From Chrysomallon squamiferum (taxonomy: Eukaryota; Animalia; Mollusca), in contig CM022676.1 of the NCBI GenBank assembly GCA_012295275.1, positions 5,456,001-5,520,000 of the forward strand: a stretch of 64,000 nucleotides of DNA, given 5' to 3'. A program made the position numbers and the translations under genes. Shown here one piece after another: positions 1 through 64,000 of this stretch (positions within the stretch are counted from its first letter, which is position 1; every line of letters starts with the position of its first letter). The notes below the pieces were generated by a model that was given only the letters and a program-made list of their open reading frames with translations, was not told where the DNA came from and ran no database searches.

Positions 1-7793
<7,793 letters not shown>

Positions 7794-9020
7794 TGTTCTT
7801 GTTTCAGTATTTATAAAAGATAAAGAATTAATTTTTAAATTAAAATGATGCTTATCTTGAATCTTCAGGACGAAACTTGAAAGCTGGATTCTAGCGACCA
7901 AAAATGTCCTGACTCACGGTTCTATTTATGTCTATACTGTTCACAAAAATATAATACTCTTTACATCCAAAGGTCACGACAAAGATTTACAATAGCTGTT
8001 CGACTAAGTAACTGCTTATAGCATGATAATGCACTATACTTCTTTTCTTACCTGTATAAATGATTTTCACCTCTTCCGTTCAGTATTATATTCATAATTA
8101 ATAATATACACATCAGTATTACAATTTTAAGGTACCATTTGCTACAAAAATATTATGGCTTTTTAATACGCTCATTACCACTTTAGCTTCACATTTTGGT
8201 CAGCATTAATCGCAAATTAAGTGTGAAAGTCTATTTTGTTTTCAAAAAAATCGTATTTTTGTTTTTACGATTAATGCCAAAAATTAGTAACGTGATATAA
8301 TTTTATTCTCGTTTATTATTATTTTGTATTATAAAATTAAAAATAATTATAGATAAGAAAATATATTAAATTTTTTTTTTTTTTTTTTTTTAAACACTAA
8401 TGAGTATATAATTTAATTATATTATTTGGTAGCTGATGTTTGTTGTCATCCTCGATATCACAAAACTTTATCATCAATTAGCTCAATAGTTTCAAATCTG
8501 TTAAATATTTTAACTGATCGAAACTATCATTAGCCTTTGGTAAATAGAGTCTCGGTCCAGATTTTATTTTACTATTTTATTTTTATCATTGTTATTAAAC
8601 TGACGGAACATGTTCACCATTTTTATCGCTAAGTCTTTTATTTGTCAGTGAAATCAACGAATAATCCAGCAAAATTGCGATGCGAAAATCTAAGAAAAAA
8701 GAATATATCAAGATTAACAGCCGAATTAAAATATGTATAATTGATACAAGATATAATGAAATAGAAAATTTATTATCGGATCCTATTTGAAACAAAAATT
8801 TCATTTCAGCGAATGTAAATGTTTGAAATGATATGTTATTTCAGTTTACTTGCTTTTAGTCACTTAAAATACAAAATAAGGAAGAAGAAGAAGAAGAGAC
8901 AAAATACACACACACAAAACACAACAACATCAAGCAAACAAAACAGTTAATATGTTATTAATAAACTAAATGTTGTTTCCTACATTGAATATTTTTCTCT
9001 ATAATTTTGAAATTTTACAC

Positions 9021-9067
<47 letters not shown>

Positions 9068-9269
9068 CAATTTGGATATTTAATTCTAAAAGGCGATAAA
9101 TAAATTAATTAAAATTAATCATCTAAATATGAAAAATGTGTCTATGTGGGCGTTTTGTTTAGAAAATAAGTTTACAGAGACTGAAATAAAAATGCCTCTT
9201 GTTTCCAAGCGCATATCAAGGAAGGATCTTCAACAAAAGAAAAAGGAAAATAAAACAGGAAAACAAACA

Positions 9270-9333
9270 ATGGCGTCCATAGACGTGGAGGATGAAAATA
9301 TTTTGACAACAATTTTTAAAGATTCCTTTCCAG
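9270..9333 (+). CDS. COG8: COG8 exon 1
   Basis: [21 protein letters not shown], donor CAG|GTAATT. Confidence 0.85.
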
Positions 9334-12300
9334 GTAATTAATAACACTGCAACATCATGTCAGCAGTCAAAATATATAAAAATAAATATTTTTTTTTGGT
9401 TGATAATAAAATGTCATTTTTTAAAATTTAATGAAACAATTAGTTAACCTTAAACAGTTAAAATAAAAATTAGAGGTAATCTTCACTCGGTCACTGATTT
9501 ATAAATTCAAGTAAGGATTGTTTCTGGAATTTTACTAAGATTTGTTCTTTTGATTCTAAAAAAAATATAAAAAATGCCATGGAAATAATAAAACTATATT
9601 TTTGGACTGACATTTCAACTAGTTTTATCTATCATTCTATGTTTCTCCTTTATTTTCATTCAAGGGAGGTAAGTAGATTGTTCGGAAACTGACACATTAT
9701 ATTATTTTTTATTATGTCTTCATTAGCAGAAGTTCCTCATTGAATATTTACGTATAAATTTTTACAGTAAATGTCTCTGTTGAAGTATAATGTCAAAATT
9801 TGATAATCCGAATACTGAGAAAAAAGAAAAATCCCTGCCTTCTCATTTATCTCCCTTGTTTAAAAAAACCCAAAAAAAAAAAAAAAAAACAACAACAAAA
9901 ACAAAAAACAATGAGCAGGTATTAGTCCTTTATATTAAAAAGAACAAATCGCAGCATAATTTGAAGGAATAACTCTTATTTTAATATATGGTCCAAATGC
10001 AATAGTAGTAGTAGCAGTAGTAATAATACAAACAGTAGTACTAGTAGTAGTTTCAATATTAATAATAAAGCTTTTTATTTATGTATTTCAGAAAGCTGGC
10101 AAGAAAATCCAGATTTTCTTCAATATTTAGTGGAACTAAGTTCTTATGGAGTTGAAAAGCTTGGTATGTATATAATTATATATATATGATATTGTTTAAT
10201 CATTCATAACAATAGTCTGAATGGAAATTAATAAAACAAAAAATAAAATAAAATAAACTGACAAATGTTTTATTTCATTTCTCTAGAAACATCTGACTGG
10301 CTGCAGAACAAATTTAATATTTTATTTTATTATTATCTTCTTTTTTTTTATGCCTTTATCAATTTATTCTAATCATGCAAATACAGTTAATATTAAACAA
10401 GGTAGATTTATCAGATAGCACAAGAAAATGCTGAAAAGTAAATATCTATCTATCTATTTATTTATTTATTTATATGTATATGTGTTTATTTTATTTTATT
10501 TTAATTTATTTTAATTACTTATTTATTTGTTTGGTTGTTTATAATTTATTTTGTTCTTTATTTTATTTTATTTTATTTATTTATATTGTTTATTTTATTT
10601 ATTTTTATCTTTCTTTATTTATCTAATTATTAATTTGTCTTTTTATAGTGTCTTTCTTTCTTTCTGTTTCTTTCTTTTTCTTTCATTCTCTGTTTCTTTC
10701 TTTCTTTCTTTCATTCTCTCTTTCTCTGTTTCTTTCTTTCTTTCTCTCTTTCTTTCTTTAGTGAGCTATGTTGTTTACATATTCATTTGTTTGTTTATTT
10801 TTGTTCATTAGCAAGGGAACCAGACCGACTTGCTGAAGAAAGTGGCCAGGTTTTGGAAGAAACTCAGGATTTGGCGTTTCACAACTACACCACTTTCATA
10901 CAGACAGCAGACTGCTCAAAAGAAATATTCCAAGATGTCTGTTTTCATTATTATTGTTATTTTTATTAACAATATTGTTGCAGTTATTAAAAGTATTATT
11001 ATTAGAAAAATGATTAATATTAATATTGTTGTTGCAGTTATTAATAACGTTATTGTTATTATTTTTATCTTTATCATCATCATTATTGATGTTTTTATTA
11101 TTAATAATAATATTATTATTATTATTGTTGTTGTTATTATTATTAATGTTACTGTTATTAATGTATTTTATTGTAATTTGAAATTATTATTTCATAATTA
11201 TTTTTTTTAAATTATATAGTATATTAATATTATCATAATTGTTTTTTATATATATTATTATTAAGATGGTATTTTTAAAATATTAGATTTATGTTTTGTT
11301 CTTCATTTTGTTGAATCGTTATGGTTCCCCACACTAACATAGTATTGCAACAAATTTAGATTAAAAACAAAAGAAAAACAATTTTCAAAACAATTTCAAA
11401 AATTATTTGTTTCAGTATTAACTAATTATTTCAAAATGTTTTTCTTTCACATTACAGTTCCAGATAATAGAGAAACATTTGGATAATGTTTTAGAAAAAC
11501 TTCCACCATTTGCAGAAGAATGCAACAGTGTGGTGAAAAAAGCCCAAGAAATAAGTTCAAGGTAGGTAACTCTAATTTAAAAAGAAAGAAAACACTTTAC
11601 TGCTTAAAATAATGAAAGCAAATACATTCTGATACACAAAACAGACGTCAACAGTTTCTGTCAATCTACAGTTAATCCACCATAAATAAATTATCTAGTA
11701 TCTTTTAGAAACAATTTTATTCAATGTAAGTAACTCCTCATTTTTTATTTTTTTAAAAATTATAATATATAGACAAAAAAAAAAAATAAAAAAGAAGTGA
11801 TTATCAATCCTGAACCCATAGTATACACACAGAAAAGATTCTAATTTTATTTACCCAATACCTCTCTATTCATTTGTTTTATTCACTTTATTCGTCTATT
11901 CATCGTTTTATTCACTTTATTCGTCTATTCATTGTTTTATTCACTTTATTCGTCTGTGCATCAAGTCGCCAGATGAACACGTTGACGCTGCAGCGACACA
12001 CGCAGCTGTTGGAGATCCTTGAGATGCCGCAGTTGATGGACACGTGCGTGAGAAACGGTTATTACGAAGAAGCTCTCGAACTTGCGGCCCACGTGAAGAG
12101 ACTGGAGAAAAAACTGGCACACATTCCAGTTATAATGGTGAGAGAAAAATAATTTATTTATTCCCGTTACAAAAACACGAGAGTCCTTTGTACAGTTAAT
12201 TGTGTTCTTTTTGGTACTTAATGGCTGTTTCAAATATATTTTTCAAAATTTAGTGAAGTCGGTTTGTTCGTAGGGACAGTTTTTTTTATTTCTCTCTCAC

Positions 12301-14893
12301 TCAGTCAATCTTTTGCTCATTGTTTTCTCTCTGTGTCCCTCTGTGTAATTTAATCAATTTCTGTCTGTCTGCCTCTTTTTCTCTCTCTATATATCTATCT
12401 CATTGTCTGCAACGTTTTATTTATATTTTCATACATTAATATTTTAAAATAGTTACATTTTTCAGAGCATTTTCTGTCTCTGACTCTTTCACTGTCTCTT
12501 TCTCTCTTTCTCTGTATCTCATTTATTCTTGATGCAGTGACACTCATTTTGTTGCTTTTAAAATACTGTTACGTTTTTTTCAGGGTATTGTCAATGACAT
12601 TAAGAATTCTACTCAGCTAATGCTGAACGAGCTTATACAGCAGCTAAGGACCAACATACAGCTGCCTGCATGCCTTCGTGTGATTGGCTATCTTCGACAA
12701 ATGGACGTCTTCACAGAGGCGGAGCTTAGAATCAAATTTCTTCAGGTTTTCCTAATTATCATAATTTATTACTATCCAATGATTTTTGGTTACATTAGAT
12801 TTATGGAAATACTGGTATTGATGTGATGGATTGACTTTGTGTTTGAAGTAAAATTAAAAAACAATGAAGGACTACTCATTTTTATATTTATTCTTTGATT
12901 ATATATTTGAAATTGATTACTAAATATTTTCACAAACATTTGACATTTTTAAGAATTACCAAAAATAATTTTATTTAAAAAATACACACATTATTACTGT
13001 TTATTTTGAAAAAATTTATTCTTAATGTCAACCTATACTTTTCATTTTTACCTGTTTTTAAAATAAATTTAAAACGTTCCATCCCAGGTATGTAGAATGT
13101 TACAGAATTTCTGAAACTGAAAATAATTGTGTGACCTTTCTTTTTCTTTCTCAAGGCCAGAGACTCATGGTTCCAGAATATTCTTAATGCTATACCACAA
13201 AACGATGGTAAAATAATTTTATTATTAAGTTTATTAAAAGATTAACCATTATATATATATTGTTTTTTTCTCTGAGTCTCTCTCTGTCTGTCTGTCTCAA
13301 TTCAACTGAAATCAATAACATGCACATTCATAAAAGAAAAATGCAATCAGTCAATTAACAAATACATGCACTTTCAGTGTGAAAATAAATAACAAATAAT
13401 GTGTCATATATATATATATATATATATATATATTTCATTGAAGTATGTAATTAATCTTAAAATTCACGTTTTACATTTTAACTTAATAAAAAAAATAATA
13501 ATATAAAAAAATATATATATTAAAAAAATTAAGTATTTAATTAAATTCTTTTACTTTTATCAAATACATTTTGTCGACAAATAAAACTTTATGAGTAAAT
13601 ATAAATAAAAATAATAATAAAAAAATCCCAATATTATGGAATGTTATATTATGAAACAGTATTACAGAATATTTATTTTCATATCATAAGACTTCGTTAT
13701 TTTCTTTTCTTACTGCAGCCTATGTTCACATTACAAAGACAATTGAGGCGAGCAGAGTACATCTGTTTGACATTATCACTCAGTACAGAGCCATTTTTTC
13801 TGACGAGGATCCGTTGCTAAGCGTCTCCCATGACGATGCCATCAACGAGACTGCGCTGTTTCATGGATGGGTGGTCAGAAAGGTATCGTTTATAAATTAT
13901 CATTATTATTAATAAATATTAGTGTGTAAAAATTAGACAGGTATCATTTATGAATTATTGTTAAAAAATGAGTTTGTGGTTAAAAAGATAGTATTTATAA
14001 ACTATTAATAAAAATTAGTCGTGAATTTTTATGTAAATGACAATATAAATTTTTGTGATGGGTATGCATGCATGTATATATGTGTATGGATATATACATT
14101 TGTATGGATTTATGAATGTAACTATGATCAGTGTGTGTGTTTGGGTTTGGATGCATGTTTTGTGTGTATATATAGGTATCGCTGTATTTGTACTTGAGAA
14201 CAAAAATTACTGATAATAGTAATAGTAACAGTAACAGTGTCACCAAAGTATCTAATCTCTGTCAGATTTCTGCACCTCATTATAACCAAATACTCCAAAA
14301 AGCAAAAAAAAAATATCTAAGTTCAATTAAACTTCCATTTTGTTTCTTTTTCTTCTTCAGTTTTATCAGTTCTTGAACACTCTAGAAAGTGATCTGCGGC
14401 GAGGGGTTGGGGGACGTCTCGACTCCTTGCTTGGACAGTGTATGTACTTTGGTTTATCGTTTAGTCGAGTCGGAGCAGACTTTCGTGCCTTGGTGGCTCC
14501 AGTTTTCCAGAGGGCTGCGCTGACATATTTTGAAGCTGCCCTTTCAGAGGCCAACAAAAAGTTAGTGGAGTTTTTTTTTTTTTTTTTTTAATTTAATTTA
14601 AATAAATCTTGATTTTTTGTCAAAATTGAATTTTTGTTGGGAGAATGGGTGTTGTAAACTAGCAGTGGTTTTTGTTTGAAAATGTGTTTCAGTTGTTTGA
14701 TAATAGATGTTTGTATGTGTGATGGCTTATGTGTGTGCTTACATGTGTATTTATATAATGTATGTAAATGTGTGTCCCAGTAAAAAAAAAAAGGAGAGAG
14801 AGTGAGTGTGTGTGAGAGAGAGAGACAGAGAGTGTGTGAGAGAGATAGAGAGTAAGAGAAAGAGACAGAGTGAGAGAGAGACAGAGAGTGAGA

Positions 14894-14927
<34 letters not shown>

Positions 14928-15062
14928 CTGGAACATTTTTATGAGTTAACAAATGATTATTTCAGTTTTGAAGAAAACATGAAATCGTACAACTTGCTTG
15001 GAGTTACTGGTACAAGTGGGGCTGCTGCTGCATTTGGTTCCATTTCTCAGGTAAAATTTTAT

Positions 15063-15107
<45 letters not shown>

Positions 15108-15189
15108 GATATAGAAATACATGCATATAAACACAAACACAGGTGTGAATATCAGTTTCAATCATGCACACTCATACAAATAAACACAT

Positions 15190-15241
<52 letters not shown>

Positions 15242-16715
15242 ACAGATACATATCTATATAAATATATAAATTATATATTTAGACTGATGTATATTGATAA
15301 AATAAATATTTCTGTTTAACAGACAGGTCAGATTTATCCACCCTCAGTTCTGCTGGACTTTTACCCACTGGCAGCCTACTGTAACCACGTTCTCTCCGCG
15401 TTCAATGAACTGCGACTGTGCGCCCCTGTTAACTTGGCCTGTTTTGTCGCTGGAGCCCTGGAGAGGTCACTCCTAGAGGTCAACAGGGTGATTTTGGCAT
15501 TTTTCAGGTAGAGAGATTTTTACCCGATTAAAATTGCAAGTGTCTGTTTTTCGAACATCTTTGAATATTGTGGGTTTTAAAATTCAGATTGTTCTGGAAA
15601 AAGAATGTATAAATTTATGTCCATAGCTGAAAAGTGCTTAAATTTCAGAGTAAATAAAAATAAAAATAAATTAAATTAAATATCTGAGTGTAGTTGTGTG
15701 TAATTTTTAGTAAGTAAAAGTAAAATAAAATAAAAAGTTTACAGTGATGTAATATTTTTGGAGATGAAATCAGTCTTATCCCCTGTGGCGTTGAGTTAAA
15801 ATCTTCAAAATTTGTCCTGAAAACATTTTTTTAATAGTTCTGGAAATATTTTGAAAAATTTCATATTTTCAGTTGTCAGAATAATGAACTTTCTGTTAAA
15901 TATTCAGACTGTTTGTTACAGATAAAAAAAAAAAATCATTGTAGAAATATATTTTGACTATTTGCTTTAGATATATATTTTTACATATTTTAATTCTTTT
16001 ATCCAGAGCTGAAGAAACGACTTTCAACGATCAAGAGAAAGACCAGTTTGGACAGTTCTGTGCAACGTATGTCACTGATCTGTTACCATACATGAACAAA
16101 TGTCTTCAGGTGTTGTTTCCTCCATCAATGTTGGCAGCATCACTCGGTATCACAGTGTCAGAGATGTCAAAAATGGTATATTGTTTGTTTTGTTTTTATC
16201 CTTTTTTTTTTTTACTTAATTTTTATGTCTCAACTTTAAACCAAAAATAAAATAAAATAAAATAAAATAAATAAATAAATAAATACAATATAAAATAAAA
16301 AAATATAGTAATAATAATAAAAAAAGATATTACATTTTCCATTGAAATAATTATGAAATACATTTTACTGGAAAAATAATACTTTGGGGTGGATTAAGTT
16401 TAATAAATGTGATAAAAAATTCATTTAGATTCTGTGTAGCCATTTATGAGTTTAAAATTAACAATCCAGATCTGTTAAACAATTAGTTGTATGGATATGT
16501 AGATGATTGTATGTACATATGTATGTGTGTGTGTGTGTGTGTGTGTGTCTGTGTGTATGAAACAGAAACATTCAGACACTAAAAACAAAAGCTGTTTTTC
16601 TAAAGTATCATTGATATTACTTTTCTCTGTTGGTCTTAATAAAAAAATTCTAAATTTAGTTAAATATTTGGTAAAAATGATATAACTTTTTATTTCATTG
16701 TTGTATTATTAATAC

Positions 16716-16763
<48 letters not shown>

Positions 16764-17758
16764 GTTATTATTAATTCATTCAGGGTGTTGTTGGTATGGT
16801 TGACTTAAAAGTTGTAATCGGTCAAGTGGAACATCTCATACCTAGAATAGAAGAAGTGCCACGTCCTGTTTCTACAACACCAGCAGCATCATCTCCATCC
16901 ACTACAGCTACACCTACTTCACCTATTACAGCTACAGCAGCTACATTGCCGCCATCATCATTTACTACTACAACAGCTGAAACTGTAACAACAGATGCCA
17001 GTGTTCCAAGTTCAGGTCAGACTGAGGTTTCAGTCTCTAAGCAATCAGAGACTCTGGCTCAGCAAACTGGCCAATCAGAAACAATAACTCATCAGACTGA
17101 CCAATCAGAGATGCTGACTCATACTACTAGCCAATCAGAGACATTGACTCAGCAAACTGGCCAGTCAGAAACAATAACTCATCAGATTGACCAATCAGAG
17201 ACATTGACTCATCAGATTGACCAATCAGAGACAATGAATCAGACTCATCAGATTGACCAATCAGAGACATTGACTCATCAAAATCAAAGGTCTCATCAAA
17301 CTGGCCAATCAGAGACACTGACTCATCAAACTGGCCAATCAGAGACATTGACTCATCAAACTGACCAATCAGAGTCACTGACTCATCAGACTGGCCAATC
17401 AGAGACACTGACTCATCAGACAAGCCATTCAGAGACACTAACTCATCAAACTGGCCAATCAGAGGCACTGACTCATCAGACTGGCCAATCGGATTCTGTG
17501 ATACAAGAGGTTAATGAAACAACTCTCCAATCAGAACCTTTAGAACAGGAACCTAAAGCAGAATCTGGCCAATCGGAGGCAAGTGAGGACAACAAAACTG
17601 AACAAGGAGAGAGTGATGTAATAGACTTAGACAATTTACCATTTGAAATGAACACTTCACCAGCTTCAGAAGGTGTTTATATTGATACTGGTTTAGCAGA
17701 AAGTTTGGCTGCAAACATTTCATTAAGTATGCCATCTCATGAAACCAAACAGGATTAA
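9270..17758 (+). CDS. COG8: Conserved oligomeric Golgi complex subunit 8 (Dor1 family), 13 coding exons
   Basis: Exons 9270-9333, 10092-10163, 10812-10936, 11458-11561, 11966-12137, 12584-12745, 13156-13207, 13719-13882, 14361-14560, 14966-15050, 15323-15507, 16007-16175, 16784-17758 splice in frame. Motifs: [85 protein letters not shown]. Confidence 0.95.
10092..10163 (+). CDS. COG8: COG8 exon 2
   Basis: [23 protein letters not shown]; AG/GTATGT. Confidence 0.88.
10812..10936 (+). CDS. COG8: COG8 exon 3
   Basis: REPDRLAEE...[18 protein letters not shown]; weak GTCTGT donor. Confidence 0.87.
11458..11561 (+). CDS. COG8: COG8 exon 4
   Basis: [22 protein letters not shown]...; AG/GTAGGT. Confidence 0.88.
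11966..12137 (+). CDS. COG8: COG8 exon 5
   Basis: [26 protein letters not shown]. Confidence 0.93.
12584..12745 (+). CDS. COG8: COG8 exon 6
   Basis: [35 protein letters not shown]. Confidence 0.93.
13156..13207 (+). CDS. COG8: COG8 exon 7
   Basis: [14 protein letters not shown]. Confidence 0.88.
13719..13882 (+). CDS. COG8: COG8 exon 8
   Basis: [28 protein letters not shown]. Confidence 0.93.
14361..14560 (+). CDS. COG8: COG8 exon 9
   Basis: [25 protein letters not shown]. Confidence 0.93.
14966..15050 (+). CDS. COG8: COG8 exon 10
   Basis: [12 protein letters not shown]...; CAG|GTAAAA. Confidence 0.87.
15323..15507 (+). CDS. COG8: COG8 exon 11
   Basis: [30 protein letters not shown]. 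Confidence 0.92.
16007..16175 (+). CDS. COG8: COG8 exon 12
   Basis: [18 protein letters not shown]...[16 protein letters not shown]. Confidence 0.92.
16784..17758 (+). CDS. COG8: COG8 terminal exon with Thr/Ser-rich, decapeptide-repeat and acidic tail
   Basis: CAG acceptor at 16781-16783, phase 0 matches exon 12, open to TAA at 17758. Confidence 0.8.
   Translation, partial: GVVGMVDLKVVIGQVEHLIPRIEEVPRPVSTTPAASSPSTTATPTSPITATAATLPPSSFTTTTAETVTTDASVPSSGQTEVSVSKQSETLAQQTGQSETITHQTDQSEMLTHTTSQSETLTQQTGQSETITHQIDQSETLTHQIDQSETMNQTHQIDQSETLTHQNQRSHQTGQSETLTHQTGQSETLTHQTDQSESLTHQTGQSETLTHQTSHSETLTHQTGQSEALTHQTGQSDSVIQEVNETTLQSEPLEQEPKAESGQSEASEDNKTEQGESDVIDLDNLPFEMNTSPASEGVYIDTGLAESLAANISLSMPSHETKQD
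17040..17492 (+). repeat. 30-bp coding tandem repeat ([10 protein letters not shown]), about 14-15 units
   Basis: Unit CTGACTCATCAGACTGGCCAATCAGAGACA within the COG8 last exon. Confidence 0.93.
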
Positions 17759-18076
17759 TAGAAGAAAAAAAAATCATTACAATTAGCAAAAACACTGCAC
17801 CAAAAAAGAAAAACAGTTCAAGAAGAATAAACTAAATGTTGTTTGTGTGGAAAAAAAAAACCTGTTGATTCGACTGTGCCAGTGAATGTAATGTATGTAC
17901 ATTTTGTTGAAACTGTATTAAAGAAAAGTAAATTTTGTATAGTATTTAATGAAAGATTACAAAAATAGAATTATTATTTTTTTTGAGTTATTTTTCAAAA
18001 TGTTTTTTTTTTTTTAATTTTGTATAGCTAATGAGGGTTGTTGTTTTTAATGGAATTTCGTCCTTGGTCTAAATTG

Positions 18077-18110
<34 letters not shown>

Positions 18111-18389
18111 TCAGTATTTAGCTCAGTTTAAAATGAAATCTTCTCTATATTGCTCTGGTTTAAACAGGTCTTGGTTTCAGTAGGAATTGTGTTATTTCTG
18201 TAATGATATTTTATGTAATGGAGGCCATTCGTATGTCAGTTACAGTCATATTTAATTGCTCACTATTGCTGCCAGTTACTGGGATAATAATATTGATATG
18301 CTTTTGTAACAGAGTTGTTCCACATGTAAATTACTGTGTTGTTATAGAAGAATATTTTTTGATCTATGGAACAGACAGACAGACAGAAA

Positions 18390-18426
<37 letters not shown>

Positions 18427-18611
18427 GACAGACACACACACACATATATAATAATAACTGAATTTTCCATGAACAAATAAAAAAAAAAACAAAAAAACCA
18501 GCATTGTTTTAAGGAACAAAGGAAAGAAGTAAGTTTTAATAGATAATCTGGTAAAATATTTAAATTTGACATAAAAGATTATAAATGGTTGTTGTTAACA
18601 CTCATGTATTA

Positions 18612-18993
18612 TGTGACCCATCACATGAAAACAGGTCTTAAGTCAAATGTTCAAGTATTGAACTTTAGTCAACTATAGTTGAAGTGACACAAACATTTTG
18701 GATTTTGTCATTTTGTTCAAAAATGGATTTGTATATACCTTATCTCTTTGATCCAGTGATGGCAATGATAGATATTAATCCTAAACTGTGTTTTAGAACA
18801 CTTATAATAAACAGTTATTTTCTAGATACTTCATTTTTTTGGAGAAAAAGAAAAATGTTTACCAACTTTAATAACTGCCATCATGATATTTGGATGCATG
18901 ACATAATGAAATAAAGTTGGAAGTAAAAAAATGCCCTATGTCTCTAACCAGGGTAAACATGACATAAGACTCGATTCAGTGTGATGGGTCACA
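18612..18993. mobile_element. Non-autonomous TIR element (MITE-like), about 380 bp
   Basis: Perfect 14-bp TIR TGTGACCCATCACA / TGTGATGGGTCACA, extending imperfectly to about 34 bp; no ORF. Confidence 0.7.
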
Positions 18994-19419
18994 AATATTC
19001 CAGTTTGTTTATATATATGGCTGTGACAGTTAACTCATTAAAAGTATTTGTTATTTCAGTATTTGTTACTGTTTGGTTTCAGTAATAAAAGGGTTATATT
19101 AAAATAAATGTTTTTGTTTTTACTTTAAACTTGAATCTGGCTGTTAGTTCCAGAATGTACCCAGTGACTGAAGTATGAAAGTGCATTGTATGTGTTGTCC
19201 CCATCTTTGTGAAGGGATGTATAACAGATATTTTCTTGCTAAAAGTAAACATAAAATGGTTATTACAAAACATGCTTATTGAAATTAAAAAAAATAAAAT
19301 AAATTAATTGTATGTTGGGAATATCTGTTTTATTCCAACAATGAACATTTAAAACTTAATAATAATAATAATAATAAAAAATTACAAAATTAGTTAAAAT
19401 GAGAGAGAGAGATTCTGCA

Positions 19420-62266
<42,847 letters not shown>

Positions 62267-62962
62267 ATTTCATATTTCAAAAATCGTTTTGTTTACTTTT
62301 TAGTAGAAAAAACCCCCAAACAGACAAAAAAAATAAAAAAAATAAAATAAAAAAAATGAAAGAGTTTTTATTAGCCAGAAATGCTGCCAGTACATTTTAT
62401 TTTGGAAAGATTGTTTTACGATTTGGCTAACCATTTTGAAATGGAGGAAAAATTTTTAATTTAATTTAGAAACAACTATTAATTTTTTGGTATTATTATT
62501 ATCTTTATTATTAATTTATTACTTTTTTTTTTAATTATTATTCTGAAATATAAAGCAAAAATTTGAATGTAAGAAAAAAATTTGAGAGTGAAAGAAGGAA
62601 TGGAAAGAAAGAAGGAATAAGTGATTGAGAGAATGATGGCGAGAAATAATATTTAACAGTACATTTCCTGTCTGGTGAACTTTTAAGTAAGTTTTGTGTT
62701 TGCAGCATCTAGATAAACTTAAAAGATAAACATTTTCTTTCTTTTTAAGTTTTATGAATGAAAAAAAACTTAACTGAACAGCCATTTCTTATTATTAATT
62801 ATTTATAAGGTGTTAAAATTATTTTAAACCATGGAGGTAGATGTTATGTGTTCATTTTCATCATTATCATTGATGCCATTTTATTTTTTTTTCATTATAT
62901 GCATATGTCAAAATAAACACTAATATTAATAAATGAATGACTCAAATTATTTTCTTGTTTTG

Positions 62963-63012
<50 letters not shown>

Positions 63013-64000
63013 AATATAAAAATGAACACCAGATAAAACATTTATTCATTGGGTTTTATTCTGTCTCATCTTGAAAACAAGGGAGACTATTCATAATAAT
63101 TACATGACAGTGAACATGTTGGATTATCTCTTAGTAATTCCTAAAAAAAATAAAAAAAAAGAGAAGAATACATAAATCAGTTGTAATTTTGGCCATGTCT
63201 TTTTAAATTTATTATGTGACACCAAAAATGGCAAACAGTTTCAAACTACGAGATCACCATGATAAATTACATCCAGTTTATTGGAATCATTCTTTAATGT
63301 GCATCTAATAATATTTTCTCGCTGCAGTAAACTGTTTTGGGTAAAACAAATTGTCAAAATACATATATATCTGTTCCTGGTAACCAATGTTTTCTTTACT
63401 GTGACAATAAAATATCAAAACTGTTTGTGGAGATTAACTGTTACTTTAAAATTGAAATAAGTAACAGATGAAACAATTTAAAATATTATGAAGTAAATGA
63501 AAGTAAAATTTAATTATGTAAATTAAAATCTAAGAAGTAACATGGAATTACACATTAAGCAAAATTTTAAATGGGGATTCAATTTTTTTTTTTAATGAAA
63601 TAAGGTGGAATTCAAGTTAAAATGAAATTAAAATTTAAAGAATGTATAAGAAATTAAAAAGATGGAACTAAATTTTAAAGAAGAAAACTGAAATATTTAA
63701 AAATAACATTGAAATAAGATGGAAATAGAATTTAATGTAAAAATTAAATAAGTTCTGGAAATATAAAACTTCCACATTATTATTATTATTATATTATTAT
63801 AATTATTATATATTTTTTCTTTCTCTTTTTTTCTTTGGCAGACAAAAAGTAATATGACAGTAAAATCATGTTCTTTTAAAAACATTTTATTTAAAAAAGT
63901 ATTCAGTGAAAGCTAAAATTAGTAAAAACAATTATCCACATACAATCTTTTTTTATTTTCAATTTGTTTTGCAGTTCATATTTATTTAAAAATAATTAAA

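Noticed and set aside
13883-14360. Possible U12-type intron in COG8 (donor GTATCGTTT)
   Set aside because: Mismatch in the core GTATCCTT and no clear TTCCTTAAC branch site near the acceptor.
17127-17468. 113-aa antisense ORF (SLIGQFDES repeats)
   Set aside because: Reverse-strand shadow of the 30-bp COG8 coding repeat; no independent evidence.

Overview
AT-rich, microsatellite-dense animal genomic DNA. It is a protostome (miR-277 and miR-317 are present); a mollusc is my guess from protein style and repeat content. Three intron-containing genes were reconstructed by hand: gamma-glutamyltranspeptidase (GGT, minus strand, ATG 7793, running off the left edge, one exon damaged), COG8 (plus, 9270-17758, 13 coding exons, long repetitive C-terminal tail) and POLR2H/Rpb8 (plus, 19527-62266, 4 exons, 149 aa). 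The 35.7-kb last intron of POLR2H carries a complete sense-strand miR-317 / miR-277 / miR-34 cluster. The intron also looks like an organised regulatory landscape: a CpG-rich internal promoter with CCAAT and RFX X-boxes, about 15 X-box-like palindromes just downstream of miR-34, 28 CAGGTR/YACCTG (ZEB/Snail-type) sites between miR-317 and miR-277, a perfect DR1 element, candidate recursive-splicing ratchet points between the miRNAs, and several splice-site-bounded hairpin-forming islands. Nearly all other ORFs in the supplied track are simple-repeat artefacts. All counts are by eye and no database searches were run.
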